Part shown: positions 48,901-56,579 of the stretch, piece by piece
How positions within the stretch are numbered: position 1 is the first letter of the stretch
Layout of the letters: each line of letters starts with the position of its first letter
Assembly (NCBI GenBank): GCA_963846655.1
Contig: CAWJWT010000012.1
Span: forward strand, 32,341-96,340
Direction of reading: 5' to 3'
DNA from: an uncultured beta proteobacterium
Lineage (GTDB): Bacteria > Pseudomonadota > Gammaproteobacteria > Burkholderiales > JACQAP01
Length of the DNA stretch: 64,000 nucleotides
Translations under genes and position numbers: made by a program
The notes under the pieces: model-generated
Databases searched by the model: none
What the model was told of the DNA's origin: nothing
Seen by the model: the letters and a program-made list of their open reading frames with translations, nothing else

Positions 48901-49182
48901 GAAGCCGCAGAGCGATTCCAACCCGACCTGGTGCTGCTCGACATCGGAATGCCCCGGATGAATGGCCGTGACGCCGCCAGACGAATTCGTGACCAACCGT
49001 GGGGCAGGAGCATGACGCTCATAGCGCTGACCGGCTGGGGCCAGGACGAGGACCACCGAAAGTCCCGGGAAGCCGGATTCGATGCGCACCTGGTCAAACC
49101 GGTGGATCTCGACGTCCTGACGAAACTGATGGATTCAATGCCTTCGATCGCGACGCGCGAATCCGTCGCTGCGGCTGACTAG
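45964..49182 (+). CDS. hybrid sensor histidine kinase: MEDS domain, multiple PAS domains, HisKA, HATPase, REC
   Basis: MEDS-like N-terminus (DHIVQLYQDQNFL...VRWWGEMVNILWERGD...AIFCSFLMDNF), H-box SHELRGPLAPL, G-boxes, and a C-terminal REC domain (VLVVDDNRDSAESL...DIGMPRMNGRD). The start is either 45922 or 45964. Confidence 0.85.
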   Translation: MEHRNGLRTLWTALCARPGARRGGFSNEREPWQRVLAEAAPRDHIVQLYQDQNFLNRAVCRFAAAALANGEGVILVPTQEHWKAFCPRLEAEGVDLKAVQRNGQLTVVDADHLLPQFMRDGMPDAPVFLGLAADVVASSRAKDRYPKVRWWGEMVNILWERGDVAASMNLEDLFDQLAHQEDIAIFCSFLMDNFDGEVHARMLPRLGENHSHLIPVEDYARLEIAVADALRDTVGADEARVLEERLLQNYPSRFHMPRSQALLLALGQVLPGVADAVRNRTRALYNDRRLTPRMTMRASAEDGWFSGPRHLDARTSADLIGILETIDLPIIVLGRDFTVARFNLPAAHALGLEPSHIGRSPRDIGVFSDVVDLEKLCTKVNADGAPYRREVRLADRWFLLRIAPYSAGEDSIGGTVLTLTNVTAFRASVEQAIYEREFTKAILNTVIQPLVVLDGDLRVQTANRAFYAMFQVSREEAHGIRLDALPKHAWESPRLWPLLKDALLDDKAFQTLEIEHAFPAIGSRTLLIDARKLTREGDSGNLLLLAFQDISERNKADAALRASEERFRMLFSSMDEGFCTVEVLFDEHQYPIDYRFLEVNAAFEKKTGIKDGQGRLMREIAPGHEQHWFDIYGKIALTGEPARFESFAHALHRWYDVYAFRVGPAEKRQVAILFNDITNRRRIEQELRDADRIKDEFLATLSHELRGPLAPLRNMLEIIKRSNDRVGPIQQAHATMDRQLSHMTRLINDLLDVSRISRGRIELQRKRTELASVIYQAVEACRPLAESAGHEVIVALPSEPLHLDADVVRLAQVFANLLNNACKYTESGGRIELSAEVASEPRPEVVVRIKDSGVGIPPDKLDSIFGMFIQVDRSLERAQGGLGIGLTLAKRLVEMHGGSINAFSAGAGRGSEFTVRLPILIDQPQAQQPSGSTAREQPVTTHRRVLVVDDNRDSAESLAMLLQISGHEICLAHDGVEAVEAAERFQPDLVLLDIGMPRMNGRDAARRIRDQPWGRSMTLIALTGWGQDEDHRKSREAGFDAHLVKPVDLDVLTKLMDSMPSIATRESVAAAD

Positions 49183-49330
49183 CGGCGCAAAAACTGGTTT
49201 TCGCACGGAACCTGGCGTGGCGGGTGATTGCTGCAATCCCGGCGGCATGCCGTGCATGCCTGGGATTGCCGGATTTCAAGTACGGTGATTCGGCTGGCGG
49301 CAAGCCGCAAGTCAAGCGGCTGCGAGTGGC

Positions 49331-50239
49331 CTATGCCACGGCCGAGCGTTTGCATTCACTGGCCACGGCTTCGCGGATGATTTCCGCCAGTCGCAAGGTG
49401 GCGGGGCCCGCGTGTTCGCGGTCGGCGAAAATCAGATACAGCTCGGCAAAGCGCTCGGCGCCGTCGCGTAGCGGCAACGGTTTGAGCGTGCCCGCCTTGA
49501 GCTCCTCGCGGATGCGTTCTTCGGGCAGCCACGCAAAGCCGTAGCCCGCGCGTGCCGCTTCGATCGAGGTGGCCAGATGGCTGACGGTCCAGCGCTGCGC
49601 CGCTTCCATCGATGTCGCGCTGAGCCGATCGGGACTCGACTCGCGCACCACCAGATGGCGGTGCGCGCGCAGGTCGCGCATCGTGAGCTTGCGCTTGAGC
49701 CGGTGCAGTGGGTGCTTCGGGTGCGCGGCGAGCACGAAGCGCACGCGCATCAGCGGCTCGCCCAGAAATCCGGGCGGCGCGGTGCCGAATATCGCCAGGT
49801 CCGCCAGTCCCTGTGCCAGCGCATCGGTGCGATGGCCCAGCACCGCCTCGGTCAGCTCCACGCGCGTGTGCGGGCTCTCCTTGCCGAGCCGGTCGAGGCA
49901 CTCCAGTAACAGCCACGTCGGAAAAATTACTTCGACCGCGACCCGGATTTGCGCCTCCCACCCCGCGGACAATCTTTGCGCGGACTGCTCCAGTCCCGCC
50001 GCTTCGTCGAGCAGGTAACGGGCGCGGCGATAGAGCAGATCGCCCGTGGGCGTGAGGTTCGCCTTGCGCCCTTCGATCCTGAACGCCGCCACACCGAGTT
50101 GCGATTCGAGCTGCTGCACGGCGTAAGTCACCGACGACTGGCTCTTGTGCAGGGCCTGCGCGGCTTTGGCATAGCCGCCTTCGTCCACGACGGCTACCAG
50201 GGCGCGCCATTGCTCCAGCGTAATGCGCGGGGCTGCCAT
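49331..50239 (-). CDS. LysR family transcriptional regulator
   Basis: 302 aa with an N-terminal HTH (LEQWRALVAVVDEGGYAKAAQALHKSQSSVTYAVQQLE). It is divergent from the pirin/azoR genes. Confidence 0.9.
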   Translation of the reverse strand: MAAPRITLEQWRALVAVVDEGGYAKAAQALHKSQSSVTYAVQQLESQLGVAAFRIEGRKANLTPTGDLLYRRARYLLDEAAGLEQSAQRLSAGWEAQIRVAVEVIFPTWLLLECLDRLGKESPHTRVELTEAVLGHRTDALAQGLADLAIFGTAPPGFLGEPLMRVRFVLAAHPKHPLHRLKRKLTMRDLRAHRHLVVRESSPDRLSATSMEAAQRWTVSHLATSIEAARAGYGFAWLPEERIREELKAGTLKPLPLRDGAERFAELYLIFADREHAGPATLRLAEIIREAVASECKRSAVA

Positions 50240-50352
50240 GCGTTATATATCGAATAAATAGATTGGAATGCACAGTATTTTGCGCTTTTTTATCTACTTG
50301 TCCAATGTTCCAATGATCCCCATCTAAGGTGTAATTGAAAACAGGAGGCGCC
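50240..50352. promoter_or_regulatory. divergent LysR / pirin promoter region with an inverted repeat
   Basis: AT-rich 113-bp gap. ATTGGAA (50262-50268) and TTCCAAT (50308-50314) form an inverted repeat, with an extra TCCAAT at 50301. AGGAGG precedes the pirin ATG. That it is a LysR-box is inference only. Confidence 0.35.
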
Positions 50353-51228
50353 ATGAAAAAAGTAGCGAGCGTTCACCGCGGCAGCGAAACCCACTGGGTC
50401 GGCGACGGCTTTCCCGTCAGCACCATCTTCGGCTATCAGGACCTCGGCGCGCAGTTGACCCCGTTCCTGCTGCTCGATCACGCGGGCCCGGTCGAGTTTT
50501 CGCCGACCGACAAGGAGCGCGGCGTGGGCTGGCATCCGCACCGCGGCTTCGAGACCGTCACCGTGCTCTACGCCGGTGAAGTCGATCACGAGGATAGCGC
50601 GGGCAATCGGGGCACTGTCGGCCCGGGCGACGTCCAATGGATGACGGCCGGCGCGGGCGTGCTGCACAAGGAACTGCATGGGCGCGATTTCGCCCGGCGC
50701 GGCGGCACGTTCGAGGTGCTGCAACTGTGGGTGAACCTGCCGGCGAAATCGAAAATGACCGAGCCCGGTTACCAGACGCTGCTCGCGAGCGACGTGCCGG
50801 TCGTGCGCCTGCCGGATGAAGGCGGCTCGGTGCGGGTAATCGCCGGTGAATTTGCGCAGGCCAAAGGTCCCGCGCGCAGCTTCACGCCGATCAATCTGCT
50901 CGACGTGCGTTTGCGCGCCGGACACCGCCTGCAGCTCGATCTGCGCGACGGTTATACGGCGGGGCTGTTCATCCAGAAGGGCCGGGTCATCGTCAATGGC
51001 AACGAGGACGCGAACCAGGGCGAACTGGTGGTGTTCGAGCGCAACGGCGATGAAGTAACCATCGAGGCCCGCACCGACGCGACGATCTTCGTCATGAACG
51101 GCCAGCCGATCGATGAGCCGATCGCCGGCTACGGGCCGTTCGTCATGAATACGCCGCAACAGATCCAGCAGGCCATCCGCGACATGCGCACGGGCCAGCT
51201 TGGAAAAGTCCCTGCATTGACGACTTGA
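50353..51228 (+). CDS. pirin family protein
   Basis: HPHRGFETVTVLYAGEVDHEDS is the cupin metal motif, and the length is about 291 aa. Confidence 0.9.
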   Translation: MKKVASVHRGSETHWVGDGFPVSTIFGYQDLGAQLTPFLLLDHAGPVEFSPTDKERGVGWHPHRGFETVTVLYAGEVDHEDSAGNRGTVGPGDVQWMTAGAGVLHKELHGRDFARRGGTFEVLQLWVNLPAKSKMTEPGYQTLLASDVPVVRLPDEGGSVRVIAGEFAQAKGPARSFTPINLLDVRLRAGHRLQLDLRDGYTAGLFIQKGRVIVNGNEDANQGELVVFERNGDEVTIEARTDATIFVMNGQPIDEPIAGYGPFVMNTPQQIQQAIRDMRTGQLGKVPALTT

Positions 51229-51239
51229 GGAATGAAACC

Positions 51240-51861
51240 ATGAAGACGCTGCTTTTGATCAAGACCAGTATTTTTTCCGACGGCGGCCAGTCCAGCCTGA
51301 TGGCCGACCGGTTCGTGGCCGCCTGGCGCGCATCGAATCCGGATGGAACCGTGCGTGTGCGCGATCTTGCGAAGGATCCCGTTCCGCATATCGACGCGGC
51401 GCGCTTCGGCGCCTTTATCGCGAAACCTGCCGAGCGCACGCCGGCGCAGGTGGCGGTGGTGGAGCATTCCGATGTCCTGATCGATGAATTGAAAAGCGCG
51501 GATGTCGTGGTGCTCGGCCTGCCCATGTACAACTTCGGCGTGCCCTCGACGCTCAAGGCGTATTTCGATCACATCGCGCGCGCGGGGGTCACGTTCCGCT
51601 ATACCGAAAACGGACCTGTCGGCCTCATCGGCGGCAAGAAGACGTACGTGTTCGCCGCGCGCGGCGGGCTGTATGTGGGCACGCCGCGCGACACGCAGAC
51701 GCAGTACGTGCGGGATTTCCTGGCGTTCCTCGGCATGAACGACGTGGAGTTTGTCTATGCGGAAGGGCTCGCGGTCAGCGACGCGGCCAAACGTCAAGGC
51801 CCTCGCCGGCGCGCAGGACCAGATCGATCATCTGATGCCGCTGGAGGCGGCGGCCGCCTGA
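51240..51861 (+). pseudogene. azoR: FMN-dependent NADH-azoreductase with an apparent 1-nt insertion near the 3-prime end (or an assembly error)
   Basis: MKTLLLIKTSIFSDGGQSS...LGLPMYNFGVPSTLKAYFDHI is typical AzoR. After ...AEGLAVSDAA the reading frame runs on to 51914, while the +1 frame gives NVKALAGAQDQIDHLMPLEAAAA-stop at 51861, an AzoR-like tail. The length of 622 nt equals 3n+1. Confidence 0.8.
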
Positions 51862-51926
51862 AACGAGCGGACAATCGATCAGAGCGCGCGCGCGTTCGCC
51901 GCCGCGCGCGCTGACGGGAAACGCAG

Positions 51927-52691
51927 CTAGTCCGTTGCGATGATGAATTCCTGGCGCACGGCACGCGCCTCGAGTTCCACTTCGGCCCCGACGAGGGGCG
52001 GGCGCGCAGGATAGACCAGCACGCCGCGGCGCGCGGCCTTGCCAAACTGGCCGAACAGTTTCGCTCCCCAGAGATCCGCAATGGGGTGCACGTGGAAAAG
52101 TGCGATCTGCGTGGTGTCCTCCCAGCCTGCACCGAGCTTTGCCAGGGTCGCGCCCACCGTGTCGATCGTGAACCGCGCGCGCTTTTGCATGGCTTCGGGC
52201 CCCGTGTCGCCGGCGGCGATGATCTTGCCGCCCGAGTCGATGTCGGCCTGGCCGGACAGGAAGAACGTCGGGATCCGTTCCGACGTCGGCACCGTATAGG
52301 AAAACGCGCAAACTGAAGTGGACGCCGGGGCCCCGATCGCCAGGGCGATGTTGGACCGGCACACGCCGCTTTGATCGCCAAAGAGCAATCCCCATTCGCG
52401 CAGTGTCTTCAGGTAAGGAACATTGAACGTGGACCACTGATCGAACGTCAGCGGCGCGGGTACGCGCAATTCGATGCCGCAGAACGCCTGAACCGGGCGG
52501 CCCACGCGCTTCATATATTTTTCGATGAACGCGTAAGCCTGGTCGAGCGGGATCCACGGGCGCAACAGCACGCGGACGATTTCGTATCCCTCATGCGGCA
52601 CCACGCCTGCGCAGAACACGGGGCCGCCCGGCGCGATCCGGAAAGCGCCTTCCTTGTTGTCGATCAGGTTTGACCTGGCTTCGCTGCTCAC
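51927..52691 (-). CDS. hypothetical protein (possibly a YjgF/RidA-like fold)
   Basis: 254 aa with a GTG start and coding-like composition. The fold assignment is only an impression, based on the segment GQADIDSGGKIIAAGDTGPEAMQKRARFTIDTVGATLAKLG. Confidence 0.5.
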   Translation of the reverse strand: MSSEARSNLIDNKEGAFRIAPGGPVFCAGVVPHEGYEIVRVLLRPWIPLDQAYAFIEKYMKRVGRPVQAFCGIELRVPAPLTFDQWSTFNVPYLKTLREWGLLFGDQSGVCRSNIALAIGAPASTSVCAFSYTVPTSERIPTFFLSGQADIDSGGKIIAAGDTGPEAMQKRARFTIDTVGATLAKLGAGWEDTTQIALFHVHPIADLWGAKLFGQFGKAARRGVLVYPARPPLVGAEVELEARAVRQEFIIATD

Positions 52692-52821
52692 AAAGACCTC
52701 CTTCTGATGATGACCTGCGGCAAAGGCTACTGCAGTAGCCCCGGGCTGTTGCGGGGTTGCCGGGCAGAATTTTAACGCGCTGCGCGGGCGTTAATTGCCG
52801 CCGGCCCGCGATCATTCCGGC

Positions 52822-53607
52822 TCAGGTAAAGGCGCTGTTGCGCGCGTTGTGCCCGCCATCCACGGTGATCACGATGCCGCTCAAATACGAAGCCCTTGCC
52901 GAAGCGGCGAACACCACGACATTGGCCACTTCCTCGACACTCGCGGGCCGGCCCAGCGGCAGGCCTTTGACGAATTCGCGCCAGCGTTCCGGATCGCCGA
53001 GCTTGTCGGCCGCGCGCGTCTTCATGAGCGTGACCAGGCGCTGCGTTTCCACCGCACCGGGGCTGACCGCCAGCACGCGAATGCCCTCATCGATGCTCTG
53101 GCTGCCCAGGGTGCGCGTGAATGCATTGAGTGCCGAGTTGCCGGTCGAACCGGCGATGTAGCCGGCGTCGAGCCGGTCCGCGGCGAGCCCGGTGACATTG
53201 ACGATCACGCCCTTGCGCTGGCGCCGCATGGCGGCATAGTAGGCGCGCGACAGATTGATGTAGCCGAACACTTTCAGCTCCCAGGCGGCGCGCCAGCGCG
53301 CCTCGTCCACCGCCTGCAGATCGCCGCCCGGTATCGCGCCGGCGTTGTTGACCAGGATGTCGGGCGTACCGGTGGCATCGAGCAAGGCGGCGACGCTTTC
53401 GCTTTTAGACAGATCCAGTGCGTGGGCTTTTACTTCGACGGCGTATTGCTTGCGAATGCCCTGCGCCGCGTTGTCGATGGCCTGTCGATCTCGCGACACG
53501 ATGTGCACGGCGCAACCTTCCGCCGCCAGGCCGTGCGCAATGGCGAGGCCGATGCCTTTTGAAGCGCCGGTTACGACGGCGGTATGTCTTGTCAGACCCA
53601 AATCCAC
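52822..53607 (-). CDS. SDR family oxidoreductase
   Basis: 261 aa counted from the GTG at 53607, which is preceded by GGAGGAG. Motifs are TGASKGIG, NNAG and an SDR C-terminus. The ORF track extends to 53787 without support. Confidence 0.85.
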   Translation of the reverse strand: MDLGLTRHTAVVTGASKGIGLAIAHGLAAEGCAVHIVSRDRQAIDNAAQGIRKQYAVEVKAHALDLSKSESVAALLDATGTPDILVNNAGAIPGGDLQAVDEARWRAAWELKVFGYINLSRAYYAAMRRQRKGVIVNVTGLAADRLDAGYIAGSTGNSALNAFTRTLGSQSIDEGIRVLAVSPGAVETQRLVTLMKTRAADKLGDPERWREFVKGLPLGRPASVEEVANVVVFAASARASYLSGIVITVDGGHNARNSAFT

Positions 53608-53786
53608 GGAACGCTCCTCCAGATTTATAAAACGTGCACACGCATCGGTGTCGGATCTGCAATATAACATTCGGCCATGTCCTGCCTGGCCTGCGCGTAG
53701 CATGTCCCGCGAAGCTTTAACCGGCGGCATGTCCATCACGCTCGCCGTCGAGGAGCGAGGCAGGAGGGTAGCCTTTCCGGCATTCA

Positions 53787-54242
53787 TTATTTCTTGTTGG
53801 TCGCTGCTCTGAGTTTGGCGATCATGTCAGCAACCAGATTGCGGCTCACTTCACGCGCGTCCCGAAAGCCATGCAGTGTCGAATCGTGCCATTTTCCAGT
53901 AATCAACAGATCCCCCGATTCGGCATCAAAGATATTTATGGAAAGTGCCCGGAGGTACATCACGAGATCCCATCGCCATTGGTCGGAATAGACGTAGATG
54001 GCATCTACCTCAGGCGACTTTCGTGTTTCCGGAGGAAAGACAGACTTTACCTCGATACCTTGGGCGGCGAATGCGTCATCGACATTTTTATTCATGTCGG
54101 CGGCGTCGCTGTCGCCGGTGGAACGGGCGATGGTCTGGACCATTTTGGTGGGATTGTTCTTGGCGAGCAGGACCTCTTGTGTTGTCGAGCAACCGGATAG
54201 GATGAGTAAAGTGGAGATCAACGCACAGGTGGAAGCTTTCAT
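53787..54242 (-). CDS. lipoprotein, function unknown, in a low-GC islet
   Basis: MKASTCALISTLLILSGC contains a lipobox. The local GC is clearly lower than in the flanks. Confidence 0.65.
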   Translation of the reverse strand: MKASTCALISTLLILSGCSTTQEVLLAKNNPTKMVQTIARSTGDSDAADMNKNVDDAFAAQGIEVKSVFPPETRKSPEVDAIYVYSDQWRWDLVMYLRALSINIFDAESGDLLITGKWHDSTLHGFRDAREVSRNLVADMIAKLRAATNKK

Positions 54243-54431
54243 TGAACGAGTCCCTTGGGTTAATTGGGAACGGCGTAGCGGATCAATCGGTGGTGCTGCG
54301 AGCATATTGCAGGAAGCGACTCAATTTATGCCAACGGCTTATTCATTGCAATCGGTGCGTTCATACGGACCTGTTCTAGCTTGCTTATCGTCATGTCGAT
54401 CAACGCATCGCCGGTAAGGTAGCCTGTCGGT

Positions 54432-55652
54432 ATGGATTCCCTGATTGCTGCCGCCGCGCGCGCGCTCGCCGCCGGTGACGCGCTCGGCGCCCTCAAGCGG
54501 GTGGCGTTGCGCGACGACCCGCCGGCGCTGGCCCTGCGCGGCATCGCCATGGCTCAGCTCGGTGAGTACCCGCGCGCCCGCGAGCTTCTGCGGCGCGCCG
54601 TGCGCGGCTTCGGCTCGCACGAGGCACTGGCGCGTGCGCGCTGCGTCGTTGCCGAAGCAGAGGTGGCGCTGGCGATGCGCGATTTCGCCGGGTCGCCGCG
54701 CGCGCTGGCGTCAGCGGCGGACGCGCTCGACGCGCAGGGTGATCGGCCCAACGCGCTGCAGGCGCGGCTGATCGCGCTGCGCCGGCTGCTGCTGATCGGC
54801 CGGCTCGACGAGGCCGCGGACGCGCTGGCCCGCCTCGATGCGCAGGGCAAGGCGCCGTCGCTGAGGGCGGTCGCGGAACTGGCTGCGGCCGAGCTCTCAT
54901 TACGTTCGCTGCGTATCGGCCCGGCGCGCGAAGCGCTCGCTCGCGCATACGAGGCGGCCGAGCGTGCAGGGGTACCGGCGCTAATTGCCGAGGTAGCGGA
55001 AGTGCGGGCGGCGCTCGAGCGTCCTGCGGCGCGGCGCCGCTTGGCCGGCGGCGAGCAGGCGCTGCGCCTCGACGAAGTGGCGGCACTGCTGGATTCCGGC
55101 GCGCTGGTGGTCGATGCCTGCCGGCGAGGCTTGCGTGCCGGGTCCGCGTGGCGGCCGCTGGCGCGCCGGCCGGTGCTGTTTGCGCTGGCGCTCGCGCTCG
55201 CCGACGCATGGCCTGGCGATGTCGATCGCGAAACCTTGATTGCGCGCGCATTCGGAACCCGCCGCCCCAATGAAACGCATCGGGCGCGCCTGCGCGTCGA
55301 GATCGGCCGTCTGCGAGCGCTCGTCGCTGACCTGGCGCGCATCGAGGCAACGCCCCGAGGCTTCGTGCTTGAACCGCGCGGCGCGCGCGATGTCGTTGTA
55401 CTCGCGCCGCCCATCGATGGCGACCAGGCCTCATTGGTCGCGCTGCTCGCCGACGGCGCGGCCTGGTCGACTTCGGCCCTGGCGCTGGCCGTGGGAGCCA
55501 GCCAGCGCACGGTCCAGCGCGCGCTCGTGGAACTCGAAGCCGCGGGACGGGTGCGCTCGATTGGCCGGGCGCGGGCGCAGCGCTGGCTGGCGCCGCCGCT
55601 GTCCGGATTCACGACGATCTTGTTACTCCCCACTTCGCTGCCGTTCGAATAA
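54432..55652 (+). CDS. Ala/Arg-rich putative transcriptional regulator (TPR-like N-terminus, OmpR/BTAD-like winged helix, C-terminal HTH)
   Basis: 406 aa. The segment LARRPVLFALALALADAWPGDVDRETLIARAFG...RARLRVEIGRLRAL resembles a trans_reg_C-type winged helix. The C-terminal SALALAVGASQRTVQRALVELEAAGRV resembles an HTH. Confidence 0.55.
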   Translation: MDSLIAAAARALAAGDALGALKRVALRDDPPALALRGIAMAQLGEYPRARELLRRAVRGFGSHEALARARCVVAEAEVALAMRDFAGSPRALASAADALDAQGDRPNALQARLIALRRLLLIGRLDEAADALARLDAQGKAPSLRAVAELAAAELSLRSLRIGPAREALARAYEAAERAGVPALIAEVAEVRAALERPAARRRLAGGEQALRLDEVAALLDSGALVVDACRRGLRAGSAWRPLARRPVLFALALALADAWPGDVDRETLIARAFGTRRPNETHRARLRVEIGRLRALVADLARIEATPRGFVLEPRGARDVVVLAPPIDGDQASLVALLADGAAWSTSALALAVGASQRTVQRALVELEAAGRVRSIGRARAQRWLAPPLSGFTTILLLPTSLPFE

Positions 55653-55734
55653 AGTGGCTTTGCAGCGCCGATCTTATGCTGCGTCGATCAAGGCGCAGCC
55701 AATCGATCCAGGCGCACACTAAGGAGCCAATGTA

Positions 55735-56409
55735 ATGACTACCACGACTGGCAAAGACAAAACGAAAGCACAGACGCGCGCAGCCGAGATCGTGCGCGAG
55801 TACGGACCCTTCGACGGTGCCAAGAACATTCACGGCGTCACCCATGACGGCCGCCGTGTCTGGGCCGCCACCGGCGCGAAGCTGGTGGCATTCGAACCCG
55901 GCGGCGGTGAACCCGTTGATACGCTCGATTGCGCCTGCGATGCCGGCACCGCGTTCGACGGCAAGTATTTCTACCAGATCGCCGAAGCGCGCATCGACAA
56001 GATCGACCCCGCCACCGGCGGCGTGGTGGCATCGATCCCCGCGCCCGGCAAGGGCGGCGACTCCGGGCTCACCTGGGCCGAGGGCAGCCTGTGGGTCGGG
56101 CAGTACCGCGACCGCAAGATCCACCAGATCGATCCCGAGAGCGGCGCAATCCTGCGCACCATCGAATCCAATCGTTTCGTGACCGGCGTCACCTGGGTCG
56201 ACGGCGAGTTATGGCACGGCACGTGGGAAGGCGACGAGAGCGAACTTCGCCGCATCAACCCGCAGAGCGGCGCGGTGCTCGAGCGTCTGGAGATGCCGCG
56301 CGGCGTCGGCGTCAGCGGGCTCGAGTCCGATGGCGCGGATTTGTTCTATTGCGGCGGCGGTGGAAGCGGGAAGGTGCGCGCCGTGAGAAGGCCGGGGAGA
56401 AAGCCGTGA
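55735..56409 (+). CDS. beta-propeller protein (glutamine-cyclotransferase-like)
   Basis: 224 aa with AAGGAG upstream. It has repeated blade-like segments (GVTHDGRRVWAA, GLTWAEGSLWVGQY, GVTWVDGELWHGTW). Confidence 0.55.
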   Translation: MTTTTGKDKTKAQTRAAEIVREYGPFDGAKNIHGVTHDGRRVWAATGAKLVAFEPGGGEPVDTLDCACDAGTAFDGKYFYQIAEARIDKIDPATGGVVASIPAPGKGGDSGLTWAEGSLWVGQYRDRKIHQIDPESGAILRTIESNRFVTGVTWVDGELWHGTWEGDESELRRINPQSGAVLERLEMPRGVGVSGLESDGADLFYCGGGGSGKVRAVRRPGRKP

Positions 56410-56537
56410 CGATCGTGACGACGTGACCGTGAATGTCGTGACGATCGTGAATGTCGTGAATGTCGTGACGACGTGACGACGTGACATCGTGCGTGAAGGC
56501 CGTGAATGTCGTGACCGGAACGTGAGCGACGTGATCG
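56404..56537. repeat. CGTGAC/CGTGAAT short tandem repeat array, single orientation (array C)
   Basis: The array reads CCGTGACGATCGTGACGACGTGACCGTGAATGTCGTGACGATCGTGAATGTCGTGAATGTCGTGACGACGTGACGACGTGACATCGTGCGTGAAGGCCGTGAATGTCGTGACCGG. It shares long words with arrays A and B and ends about 40 bp before the DUF899 start. Confidence 0.9.
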
Positions 56538-56579
56538 TACGCTGCGACTCGCCCCTCACCCCTAAAGAAGGAGCGCACC

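Noticed and set aside
45541-49392. Calling the LysR-repeat-bracketed segment a mobile element
   Set aside because: No integrase, transposase or terminal inverted repeats are visible. It is kept only as a finding describing the direct repeat, not annotated as a mobile element.
54493-55633. 313-aa and 359-aa minus-strand ORFs antisense to the Ala/Arg-rich regulator gene
   Set aside because: They give extreme Arg/Ala/Ser/Pro low-complexity translations. They arise because a GCN/CGN-rich gene is open in several frames.
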